The notes under the pieces are model-generated. The model saw only the letters and a program-made list of their open reading frames with translations, was not told where the DNA came from and ran no database searches. A program made the translations under genes and the position numbers. Positions 14,201 through 25,500 of a DNA stretch of 64,000 nt are shown here, one piece after another (positions within the stretch are counted from its first letter, which is position 1; each line of letters opens with the position of its first letter). The DNA is from Lytechinus pictus (Eukaryota): positions 2,046,001-2,110,000 of the forward strand of contig NC_087263.1 in assembly GCF_037042905.1 (NCBI RefSeq). Direction: 5' to 3'.

Positions 14201-14289
14201 TTGGCGTTATTCAAGGTATACTGAAATCAGACGAAACCATTTTTGCGTATTCAGACCCTCGGAAAGGAGGAAAATCTTCAGGCTACTGA
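2268..14289 (+). CDS. GGT: Gamma-glutamyltranspeptidase / glutathione hydrolase (GGT1-like), type II membrane protein, 11 coding exons, 640 aa
   Basis: Exons 2268-2437, 3987-4193, 5076-5299, 5584-5782, 7557-7717, 9090-9239, 10066-10202, 11268-11464, 12503-12716, 13480-13596, 14143-14289. All introns are GT-AG, phases match, total 1923 nt. Motifs: TM anchor IILTVGLLVAIVFTIVVALL; GGSAVDA..SSGLGGGFFM; DARETAP; AIPGEVRG..YGKLPW; autocleavage/nucleophile G|TSHVSV; FGSKVRSP; PGKRPLSSM; C-terminal SDPRKGG..GY*. An acceptor at 2238-2239 suggests an upstream non-coding exon. Confidence 0.93.
2742..3922 (+). mobile_element. Degenerate 5'-truncated CR1/L2-group LINE (reverse transcriptase remnant) in GGT intron 1
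   Basis: Frameshifted RT motifs GVPQGTVIGPLLFL..YIND, VRLFADDCIVYR, W.MSFNASKC, AYKSLIRPRLEY. Short ACAGAT repeat at the 3' end. Confidence 0.88.
5785..6137 (+). mobile_element. 3' end of an L2/Crack-type LINE at the start of GGT intron 4
   Basis: Translates as LAPEYL..Y.PSRNLRS....RFAVAAAKTWNAIPLSIR, typical of an L2 ORF2 C-terminus. Followed by an AGCGC..AAAT..(TAT)n tail. Confidence 0.75.
6157..6550. repeat. Minisatellite of about 9-11-bp CAGTGTGT(T/C)C units
   Basis: Directly visible tandem array; degenerate units continue to about 6890. Confidence 0.9.
7915..8228 (-). mobile_element. tRNA-derived SINE (5'-truncated)
   Basis: B-box GTTCGAATCCC, core CCACCCAGGTG..AAATGGGTACC, tail TGTAAAGCGC..AAGCGCTATATAAAT..TATTATTA. 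Related fragments at about 440-625, 20920-21200, 49000-49085 and 52022-52150. Confidence 0.8.
9270..9515. mobile_element. MITE with CACTG termini and TA flanks
   Basis: TA|CACTGCAAAA...TTTTCGCAGTG|TA with internal AACACC subrepeats. Partial relative at about 35333-35505. Other CACT-ended MITEs at 25844-26060 and 37775-37983 (same family, opposite orientation) and 28041-28233. Confidence 0.7.
9600..9885. mobile_element. Imperfectly palindromic dispersed repeat of about 280 bp (MITE-like), multi-copy family
   Basis: GACGGATTCAAGAAC...GTTCATGAATCCGTC ends. Further copies at about 10250-10545, 19790-20075, 26085-26500, 40495-40730, 42130-42410 and 63450-63710. Confidence 0.75.
10695..11225. repeat. 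(CAT)n-type microsatellite with an assembly gap
   Basis: Degenerate CAT/CAC/TAT triplets; N-run at 11065-11197. Confidence 0.9.
11564..11840. mobile_element. hAT-like non-autonomous element with CCAAGG/CCAAGA subrepeats
   Basis: Termini CA(C)TGTTGTG...CACAACACTG with tandem GGCCAAG(G/A)C units inside. Confidence 0.6.
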
Positions 14290-14483
14290 GAACGGACTGA
14301 ATTAGAAACGTATACTTCTTCTTTGCCATTTTTCTTGTCATTTTAGCTGAGGGTGGGGCCGGGGGGGGGTGAGGAGTTTCACAAAGAGCCAATCAAGTCA
14401 TGCTCAAGAGCTAGCGCGTAAATGATATGAGGCTCGTTATTGATGAATGCGCGATTCAAGCGCGCATTCCCTAATGTTTTGAC

Positions 14484-15668
14484 CAACGAACGTAGAGGGC
14501 AGCAACACACAAGCGTATTGCTATAAGGAAGGTCAACTCGATACGCGCATGCAGCTGAGCTGCGCGCGTATTTTATTGTTCATGCCAACGAAATCAAATG
14601 CCGATCCAATACAACAACAAATTAGTAGCGATCAAAAAACGAATATGAAGGAATATGACTACAACAATATCAAAGATAACTTTAAAAATATGTTGAGGAA
14701 TATACATACATATAAAAACATACTTTGATATTTAAAACTTTACAAATATAAGTTTCAGGAAACTAAAATCATTACCAAATCGGTGATTGTTGTTATCAGC
14801 GATTTCACCAGACGGCTGTATTAGGTGATTTGCGTCGAGACGATTTTGTGACCACTCGCAAAGCATTTCGGGATTGAATATAACCACCTTATTTTCTCTG
14901 AGCTCTTCGCTGAACCCATCATCACAGTGCAGCTGCAGCGCAGCGCGCAGCCAATGCAATGCATCCGATGCATGGGTTGTTTTTTCGCCGTCCATGCCAT
15001 GGTCTCGGACTCAGAGTTGAAATTTAGACCCGGATTTCGGGGATACAGCGCCTTTATTTCAGATTTATAGACTTAAAAGTCAAATGACATTTAAAGGTTG
15101 AAATCTAACCTTGAACAATCATCGTTGATAAACATCAGCCCTGAAGCCATGACACTTCAAATCAGGCCAGGCAAATTAGACGTCATTGTCTAAGTTGCTA
15201 GATCTATGACGAGTCGCCTGAAGCCCCAGCGCATCATCAACGTCACTAGCTAGCTGCGCGACCGGCCCAGACTCGGCGCACCCAGGCCAGAAAAATGACC
15301 TCGATTATTACGGTGGTTGTCTATGCATTTATTAGTGGTGCAGCGAAATTCAGCAGAAGAAAATAAGAGATATGAGGTATCCTCGTCACAGGCTTAATAT
15401 TCCAAAATGAGGAAAAATGTCAAAATCATGATTATTTAAGCTAAATATTTTCTTTAAAAATGAAAGTAATATTTTTAATATTTATACCCAGAATAACCGA
15501 TCTAATAATTGCTCATTAAAAAATATTTGAAATTAACAAATGAAAAAAAATCAACTCGACAAATTTCCCAAAACCCCACCTTATTTTTTAAAGTGGTCAC
15601 AAAATTCGAGCGGAGTTGACCTTCCTTAGAGCAACACGCTTGTGTGTTGCTGCCCTCTACGTTCGTTG
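14484..15668. mobile_element. Non-autonomous P-element-like DNA transposon, 1185 bp
   Basis: TIRs of about 56 bp (CAACGAACGTAGAGGGCAGCAACACACAAGCGT...; 14484-14539 and 15613-15668, 2 mismatches). Perfect 8-bp TSD GTTTTGAC at 14476-14483 and 15669-15676. Confidence 0.85.
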
Positions 15669-15767
15669 GTTTTGACCAACGTGATGATGCGTTGCATACC
15701 GCAGCACAGTTTGGGATTTGACTGCGATTTTACGTCTTATTTGAGCTCTGCAAAACAATATCTGGGA

Positions 15768-16282
15768 CCCGGGGGGGGGGGCACTCGACCAAAAAAGTGG
15801 TAGGGGTGTGCCGCGGGCGAGACAAAAAACGGGGGCCTTGGAGCGGGCGAATTGTAAAAAGGAGGGTCCTCGGAACGGGCTTCGGAACTACAAATGTTTG
15901 TGAAAACGGGGGTCCTTGGAACGGGTCGCCTGCGTGCGAGTGCGAATGCATCCCTATGGAACGTGCATGCAGCTAGCCCGGCGGCACGACTGACGGGCGC
16001 GCTAGCGCAGAGGCGATGGTCGGACAGCGAGCTGCGGCCGCTTTTCACCAAAATTGCGACCGGAACGGCGTACCGGAAAATATGCGAAGCCCTGGAGCGG
16101 ATTTTTTTTCTTCTTTTTTCTCGAGAAGAAGAAAATGCTATGCTTTGGAGCGGCTTTCTTTGTTCTTTTTCTCAATAAGACAAAAATGCTATGCCTCGGA
16201 ACGGAAATTTGAGTGTAAAAATGGGGGTCCCCTCCGCGGCACATACCCACTATGCATTATATACTGAGTGCCCCCCCCCGGG
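15768..16282. mobile_element. Non-autonomous DNA transposon with CCCGGG(G)nCACTC termini, 515 bp
   Basis: Perfect 8-bp TSD ATCTGGGA at 15760-15767 and 16283-16290. Related single ends at about 2543-2570 and 39820-39865. Confidence 0.85.
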
Positions 16283-16589
16283 ATCTGGGACGTGTGAGAT
16301 GTTTTATCTTGCTCCGTTAAAGAAAGCTGTGATCAAGTATGGACTGTTCGGAAGAGCTGATCGTGATTATCTTTCAATGAATTTATGTGTGATTCCTTTT
16401 GGGAAGATTTTGGTTTGAAATTTGCCATGGCTACTCCGCCATTTACGCCCGAACAAGTACAGTAGATCTATAGAGGAATAACACGTATAACAAAGCATAG
16501 GTGATGAAAAGCAGGAATTTTGATTTGACCTCGATAATGGACAATTTCAGTGCCAGTAGAAACGGTGATATTACAGTTAACAGTGGATT

Positions 16590-16625
16590 TAGTAGTAGTA
16601 GTTACTGTAGTAGTAGTAGTAGTAG

Positions 16626-16682
<57 letters not shown>

Positions 16683-16895
16683 GAGTAGTAGTAGTAGGAN
16701 NNNNNNNNNNNNNNNNNNNNNNNNNNNNNNNNNNNNNNNNNNNNNNNNNNNNNNNNNNNNNNNNNNNNNNNNNNNNNNNNNNNNNNNNNNNNNNNNNNNN
16801 NNNNNNNNNNNNNNNNNNNNNNNNNNNNNNNNNNNNNNNNNNNATATAGTAGTAGTAATATAGTAGTAGTAGGAGTAGCAGTAGTAGTAGTAATA

Positions 16896-16934
<39 letters not shown>

Positions 16935-17290
16935 GAGTAGTAGTAGTAGTAGTAATATAGTAGTAGTAATACAGTAGTAATAGGAGTAGTAGTAGTAGTA
17001 ATATAGTAGTAGTAGTAGTAGTAGTAGTAATATAGTAGTAGTAATACAGTAGTAGTAGGTGTAGTANNNNNNNNNNNNNNNNNNNNNNNNNNNNNNNNNN
17101 NNNNNNNNNNNNNNNNNNNNNNNNNNNNNNNNNNNNNNNNNNNNNNNNNNNNNNNNNNNNNNNNNNNNNNNNNNNNNNNNNNNNNNNNNNNNNNNNNNNN
17201 NNNNNNNNNNNNNNNNNNNNNNNNNNNNNNNNNNNNNNNNNNNNNNNNNNNNNNNNNNNNNNNNNNNNNNNNNNGGCAAGAATAGTAGAA
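16590..17290. repeat. (TAG)n microsatellite with two assembly gaps
   Basis: Directly visible. Confidence 0.95.
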
Positions 17291-17983
17291 TTGGGAAGAG
17301 AAGCATTATAGTGATGAGGAGTTAGTAGTATTTGTGTAAGTGTTTAACTAATAAATTGTATGATGTGTTATGGGATGAGTGATTTTTATTTCTTTATATT
17401 TTTTATCTTTATATTTTTTACTTGTGAAATAATGCATATGAAATCCTTAAGGAAATGATATTTCCATACGTATACGATGGAAACAATTTATGAAAATGTA
17501 ATTTTAAAGGAAATGTCAGATGGCTATCGATTTATCAAATTAATTATTCATTACGTAATAGCCTACCTCATTGTCACACATGTACTTGCATAATTATTTC
17601 CAAAATCAATTGGAATTTTAATATACAGATATTGAATATGCTTTGAGTGACAACTTATAGAAAAAAGAACATTTCACAGAGAGGACTGGTTTATTACCAT
17701 AAAGGTTGAAATATGATGCAAGTAATAGATAACGTTTTGATATAACATTTAGAAGATTTGATGAACTAGTCAAAGTAGATGTATAGATAAAGCATGATGA
17801 AATCCCATATATCCGTGACTCGTATATTATTTTGTATCATATCATGTGCTATTAAATATTTCATATTGTACGTATTCAAAACTGACCACACCTCATGAAG
17901 TGTACTTCATTCGAATCCATGCAAAGCGTACTCATAATTACAAGTAGATTTTGTATGCCATTATATAGTCATTTATTCCGCAT

Positions 17984-18286
17984 TTTTCGCATTATACGGG
18001 GAAACTCTACACAACGCACCAATTCCATTGAAAATGCAGGTCAAATCAAAATGGAGAGCTGAGAGGCTTTTGTCGAAAGTTGGTGGACTGGGACAGCATC
18101 GAAATCCCTTGACTCTGTACAACGATATATTTGCAATTGTTCGTCCGGTGCAAAATCTTCGGATGATCTGCTGCCCCAGTCCACCAACTTTCGATAAAAG
18201 CCTCTCAGCTCTCCGTTGTGATTTTAATTACATTTTATAAGGGATCGATGCGTTGTAGAGCGTTCCCCCGTAGTAAATGCGAAAAG
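17984..18286. mobile_element. Foldback MITE of about 300 bp with TIRs of about 115 bp
   Basis: TTTTCGCAT...GTCGAAAGTTGGTGGACTGGG / CCCAGTCCACCAACTTTCGA...ATGCGAAAA. Second copy at 41792-42089 (inverted); disrupted copy at about 61030-62120. Confidence 0.85.
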
Positions 18287-18769
18287 CCTCCCATTTATAC
18301 AGTCACACCAACGAAATCGACTCCAAACCAAGTGTTGGTATGCCATTGGTAATAACGTAATAGCGTTTGTGTATGCTTGGGTTTGTTTTCGCGGTGTAAC
18401 TGAAGCATCACCAGTAATTAGTCTGCAAGCACAGACTCATATTTGAAACCATAACCAATTATACCATGTCTAGAGTAGAGACTACACGCCTAACTCTCCG
18501 TCTATGTCAAATAAAATTGGTACAGCCAGCCACGGTACATAGTGAGTCTAGTCTCACTGCTTCAGACTCTGCATTGTGCACTATGCGAAATGCGAAAACC
18601 AGGTGTCTGTGCCTGCAGACTAACCGATGATCATAATTAATGTTACTTGTATTATTTTCATTCACAGTAGGGCCTACACGCCATGAATGTATGATTAAAT
18701 ATATATATGTATGTGAATGAAAATGTAAATAGACATTTGACGCGGATAAAAACTAAACGTAACAAAATC

Positions 18770-18775
18770 TTTATT
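18770..18775 (-). terminator. Candidate polyadenylation signal of TG-A
   Basis: AATAAA on the minus strand about 800 nt after the stop, at the end of an AT-rich 3'UTR-like stretch. Confidence 0.4.
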
Positions 18776-19578
18776 GTTCCAAAATAACAAATATTCTATA
18801 TTTCAGTACTGAAATCATAATATAATACATTCGAAAATACATTTGTCATAAAAACTGTCGGTAGATTACGTATTCCTCAAAATAAAGACAATATAAAAAA
18901 TACGTTTGTTGGAGTTAAGACCACAAGCACATTCTGATATAATTGTCAAATAAATTGTGCATACCACAATTATTGAACACTTAGTTCCGAACCGGAAAAA
19001 TAATGGAAGGGCGAAGACGATCCTGAATTCCTAATATAACAAAATGAAATTCTAAAATCATGGCAAATATATCTATAAATACAAATCAAATAACAAAATA
19101 ATAATACATCACTTAGTATAAAAATTATGCGTTGATAAAAAATTAATGTACAGAGCAGATATTGGAATAAATATTTACATATATTTACATAATATTATTC
19201 ACATACAGTATTACAAGAAATATAGTTTTAAAATATCAGAGAAATAAATGTCAAGAATTATCGTTTTATGACGATTAACATGATCTAAAATATAGCGTTC
19301 CAAAATCCTTTTCAGACATGTCTTTAAAAGAAACTTCTGATATGCATAGTCAGTTTACAAATCACCGCACCTGATTTGTTTAAACTTGAATAGATTACAT
19401 GAAAATATTTTTTGTCAAGACACTGACTGATAAATTATTGCAGCATTTTGATTATTTCTCTTTAACACATTTAATTGACACTATTTGTGAGAGATATTCC
19501 ATATCAGGACGGTTGTGACTGTTATACTCTGTACGCATTTCTTCTTTGTTCTTGAGGCTTAGTGATGTCTTAGACTCC

Positions 19579-22500
19579 TTAGACTTCCTTGACATGTACG
19601 ACAACGGACCCGGTGACGTCTTTGAGGTACTGCGAGTCGAACTCGACGAGGACTTCCTTTCGTCCTCGAGCTCTTGCCTTGAATTTTATCTCCTTCGATA
19701 TCGTTTCACCAGCTTGTATGTTTCTGAAAAACATACAATTTTTTTTAAATAACTGCTTATTACATGTACGATGTACCGAGGTACAACACCATACGGATGA
19801 TTCAAGAACATAGAAAATGTATTGTCGAATGCTCTTCATGAAAAGAACAACCTATACGTCTTTGTCGAAAATTGGTGAATACAAAAGCAGCGTTACGACC
19901 TGGAATCTTGACAAAATGACATGATTATTTGCATTTTTTTTCGTCAGCTCCAAATCTTCGAACGAAACTGATGTTTTTGTTCATCGATTTCCGACAAAGC
20001 CCTCCCTGCTCATTGTCATTTGAAGGGTATTTTCAATACATGAACTATATTTTTTTATTCGTTCTGCGTCGCGATGCGAAAACTGTTTTCTTGTTTTCCT
20101 CTCGTGATGGATGCATTTCTTCCACTCTCTTAGAAGCATTTCAGTAAGTATACCAGTTCTAAATCCCTTAGTAGACTACAAGGACTTATGGCGGTTGTCC
20201 CTTAAATCAATGGTGGCATAGACCAACGTCCTGCCAAATGGTGCCCTGATGGGTTTCAAACACACGGCCATCTGATTGTAAACTCGGGGGTTTGTCAGAG
20301 TATGGCGAGCAATGTGTTCCAAAATAACCTGACTTCAATCGGAGTTTCATATCAAAACCCCTTCACGACGACTGTTACACTTCTGAATAAATTACAATGT
20401 CGAACATGTTCATTTTTTTCTTCTTCTTCTTCTTTTTCGTCTTCTTTTTCTTTTTGTCTTCTTCTTTTCTCTTTCTTCTTCATCATCATCATCTTCTTTT
20501 TTTTTTTCTTCTTCTTCTTCTTCTTTGTCTCTTTACTCATTTCTTATAAAGCGTAAATATACTTACTGATGTTTTACGGTGAATGGTTTGACAAGTTTCG
20601 GAGCTTCCACAACAAACTCGCAATCGGTCAGTGTCCTTTGAAGAGGGTTCTTGAACCCTACCGTAAGGCAGACCTCTGACCCGTTGACCTCACCTTTGAC
20701 CTCTAGGTCAGGTATCTTGAGTCGGATCTCATCAAGAATCGTTGCAGTCTTGCTTGATTCCTGTATAGGAAATAGATAAAGCGAAGCAATGACATGTTTT
20801 TCAAGGTAGAGGTTGCGTCGTCACGGTCGGAAACGTGGCTCCTATCCTATAGTTTTCTTGCTATAGCTGTCTCTATCTTCAGACTAGATTAATTCTCTCA
20901 AGATCACATTTGTGGGTTAATAATAATAATAACAATATGCACCATTAATATAAAAGTTCATACGTTTTGAAGCACTGCTTACTAATATCCCGGCTTTAGC
21001 AAGGTCACACTGATTGGACATTTGATTCGAGTATTCATGGAATTCCCTTCTACCGAGTACCATTTTACTACCCGTTGGTGGAAAGTGGGAAATTGAGACA
21101 AATGCTTTGCTATAAGGACGCGAGTGCTGCGGGGAGGGGATTTGAACCCCACACCTTGTGGTTCAAATTTTGAAGACATCCGCTAATCCACAACACCATA
21201 ATCAGATAATAATGGCTCTTCCCTCCAACTTACTATACAGATGGTCCGTGGAATCATTCGTTTTGCCCAAACATGATGGTACCTCTGCTGGCGAGATACT
21301 GAATCAGAAACATGAATTCCAATCCGTTTAAAGGTTCAGTGATCTCTGATGCAATCAAGGCAGATCTAATTTATTTTCAACAGCGCCACCTTGTGGTTTC
21401 GTCGTGCACAGTTGCTATATTCCTCAAGATTTGAAGAATTTGGAGCACTAAATCCATTGACTGTAGCATTTTAATAATTTCTTGGCCTTTACAAACCTTA
21501 CCTTGACCGAGACGATCCCGAACACTGAGATTAATGCCTGGTCGTCGATCTTGTCGAGGTAGTCATCGACCTCGATGCTAATGTTCTTCTCGAGCGTTTC
21601 CCCGGGACCAATCTTGAAGGTCAACTTCTCCCTCTTTATAGATTCCAGCGCAATACCTTTAAAGAAATAAACAAACATTAAAGTAGTTTCGATTTGATAA
21701 TAAAGAAACATGAAGCCTATTTTTTAATAGTCCTAATAACATGAATTATCGCTTCGCATTTCCATTTCATTATCACCCCCCTTCAGTCTATTTTACATTT
21801 AAATCTTACATCTTTAAATCTTTCTAGCAAATTTTGTAGCAAACCTTCATTCTTTCTCATATTTTTTTTCCTTTTATCTACATTAACCACTCTCCACCCA
21901 ATCGTTAGGAAGGAATTCTTAGAATACTCGATGCGCCCGATCAGGGAAGCCGAGCTAAAGCCGGGGTTAATATGCAACGCTTAGAAAAACTGTATTAAGT
22001 GCTAAACAAATGTTGCATATTATTGTATCTGTTTTAGTTGTATAAATATTTTATTTTGTTATATTTATAAAAGTTGATGCTATTATTTTAATGGCAAAAA
22101 GAAGCTGCATATTAACCCAGGCTTTAGCTCGGCTTCCCTGATCGGGCGCATCGAGCATTCTAAGAAATCCTTCCTACCGATTGGGTGGAGAGTGGTTAAT
22201 GTAGATAAAAAGAAAAACAATTATGAGAAAGAATGAAGGTTTGCTACAAAATTTGCTAGAAAGAAAGCTATTATTTTAACATGGAATGGAACAAAATAAA
22301 TTGAAAATTGAAATGAATGATATTCAGTTTATGATATCTACCGATCTTTTGGCAACATTGCATCCTAATATTTGCAAATTAACATGCGCACCTGTATAAT
22401 AGCAGCTTTCAACATTCAACTTCATGAAAATTGTTCGGTCCTTGTCGCATTTATTCGTAGCCTTGACGCTGACTCGGAATGGGTCGCCGATCCAGACGTC

Positions 22501-25500
22501 ACTGATGTCATCGACGACGAAGACGACATCGTCAACCGACCCGTCTTCGCGGTAAACACCGCGGCTCATCCCCTTGTTGACCGCGTTCATGACCGCTGCA
22601 CGTTCCTCCGCAGATCCTACGAGAACATGAATTTCGAAGTAAAAGTTTTACGTGCGTAAAAGTGACAAGTTATCACGCTCCTAACTGAAGCAAGGCATTC
22701 AACATTCTCTCAAACAACTTTTCTGAGAATAGAATAAAACACTTATCCTTTTTGATGCAGGAAATTAATAAAATAGAACATAATGTCACCGAAGGTATGA
22801 TCGTTTATGTGCTAAATGACGGTTATCTTTCTAAAAGTTTCCGACCAGCGTAACAAAATGGTGCACTAATCAGCTCTAAAATCTAGTCATATAACTTTTG
22901 GGAAGCAAATTGCCCCTATCTATATGGCGCTCTACTACTCTGTACCGTTTTTTTAGGGGGTGAGTTGTTTGTGCTTGTCATTTTGAATATACATGTTGGC
23001 AAATTTAGTTTCTGTCATTCTCAAAATCGAGAACTTGTAACGCGAAGAAGTAGCAAACCGTTTTTGCGACTTACCTTCAGGAAACTTATACTCCGACGTT
23101 ACGTCATTCCTGGCATCACTCCCCACGGCTTTGGTGCTTATGTTCTTGCCCACTGAGTTATTGGAGAGACCAATGTGTTTGAAGCTTGCTGACATGGGGT
23201 CATCGGGGTTATGCTTCCGCTTCCGAACCTCCCAGGTAACCCTGTCAGCATTGACCTCCGCGAATACGAACCTGATGAAAGGAGAAGGCAGGTAACACAT
23301 CTCCTCAACCATGTCAACATTTTGACCTTGTCAAGGGCAACCAATAATTGTTTGAATTGTGATAACCACGGTCTGCAACTCGCGGAATGACTGTGGTTAT
23401 TATTTTCATCATTAGATATAATCTGATTATTAAAACGACAAGATTGGTATTCACTACCCCCGGAAAGTTTAAATCTCCTCTTGATGGATGAAAGGTTAAA
23501 TATATTATTCGTTAAAATCTCATTGAGGTACACTGTAGTTGCGAACATGCGTTTAAAAAATAATTGTGATCTTCCTATATCATATTTATACGCAAAAAGA
23601 TGCACATACCATTTTAAAGGTCAGGGGAGTGTTTCATGAAGGACTTGATTGTCGGACGTTTTATCCGACAAATCCTGTTTTATCCGACAGTTACCATAGT
23701 AACAGTGCCTCTCAGCCAATCAGATTCAAGGAATGCTGTCAGATCTGACAACTTGTCGGACAAAACTGTTGACGAAACAACACTCCCCTGAACTCAGTGT
23801 TACAAAGAGTTGCGATTGATCCGGTCACCCTCAGTTGTATGGAAATCCACCAATGTCATAATTTCTACTACGGTAGATTTGCACAATGTCATTTTGTAAA
23901 TAAAGAAAAGCACACTGAATTTTCAGGAAAATAATAAATGTATAAATATGCATGACATTTTGAACAAAGTATGCATTTTAGATATTACCCTGGCTGGTTT
24001 TTCATTGTTGTGGTTGATCGCTTCAATCGCAACACTTTATAAGACGAGGCCCTGGTATTATTTCAAAGAGAGGAAAAGTGCGAATAGGTAATTCAGAATA
24101 CATCCATCATATCCATGGAGAAGAGTGGTTGTCAATGTCTGAAATTTCCTGATATATGACAAAAAATGGCGTCTGAATCCTGTTTAATGGAGATGAGTAG
24201 CAGCTCGATGAACATGCATACATGTACACGTCGCGAAACATCTTACAAAATTGTGTTTAAATCATAGGTTGTCGTCACTTACCTAAAAGGAAAGGCGCCC
24301 CGATTCCCACAACCTTGTTGGAATGAGTACTAGTATCACTCATACTTTACCGAAGAGGTAATGATATGAGCCCGTTTACTTACCGGGTGTCATGTCCCTG
24401 GTTCACCAAACCTCGTTTGACCGCAATCACAGGGGCAGGGCCACACTGGAATTGCCCTGTTAATAAGAAAATACACCTGGGGCCTGTTGCATAAAACTTT
24501 TTACCTGAGAAAACTCTGGTAAAAACTGAAAACTAAGGTTAGTCTGATTTCTGCCATTGACTTTAACACACCGCAAAAACTCCGGTAAAAACAACCTGAG
24601 TTTTCTCAGGTAAAAAGTTTTATGCAACGGGCCCCTTTTGTTAGACCCTTCCCTCACTCATTGGCATTTTCACAACTAGGCCTTTTTAAAGATAACTTTC
24701 TGAAGGTTGACAAGAAACTTGATATCGTACATTATTAGATAATTTCGAGATTCCGTTTAAACGAATAATATCTTGCAAATTTGAATATCCGAAATACAGA
24801 GTAGAGAGAATTTGTATACCATCACTAGTTTCCTGAGGCGTAGCGTCCACAGCCTGCCACCCTCCTAGTCCAGGATCTAGATCCGGTCTTGTCATCCAGG
24901 CCTCGTTCCAGACGTGGAAGTTCCACACCGAATCGTGACCTCTCTTGAGGTCGTTCCCCCAGAGGTCAACGTACTTATCGATGGTCATATTGTCGTCGGT
25001 GTCATGGGCTGAAGCGAAGTTGGTGACGCTCCGTGCGGGTATACCAAGGCAACGCAGGATGGTGGTGAAGACTCCAGAGAAGACCCAACATTGTCCGTAC
25101 CTGCGTGAGGGCGGGCGACACATTAAACAGCCATATATATTAATAGAGAGAGATCGGCCAACCCGTTTGGGTTAACAAAATGGCGCAATTTATTAGTGAA
25201 TTGGGTTTGCCTAACAAAGCGGCATGCGCCACGTTGGTAACCCACTGAAACCGGGTTGGCCGAACTCTCTATCAAATATGGCTTTGTGAACAGTATTAGA
25301 CATGTGAGTGTCGTACTTTAGGAGACTTAGGCCAAGCCGCGATGAGTTAGTAAACATGTATCAAATTATGCTTTAGTAGGCACTTCACAGTATATCATCA
25401 TAATGATAATAATGGTGATGTCTTATTGAGCGCATACACCGTCCAGAGATGCTCTTGGCGCTAGCGCAGCAACAGTTAATTTGGATATATATAAACAACT

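Noticed and set aside
14732-14995. ORF inside the P-like element as a transposase or THAP remnant
   Set aside because: No recognisable C2CH THAP signature or catalytic-domain motif.
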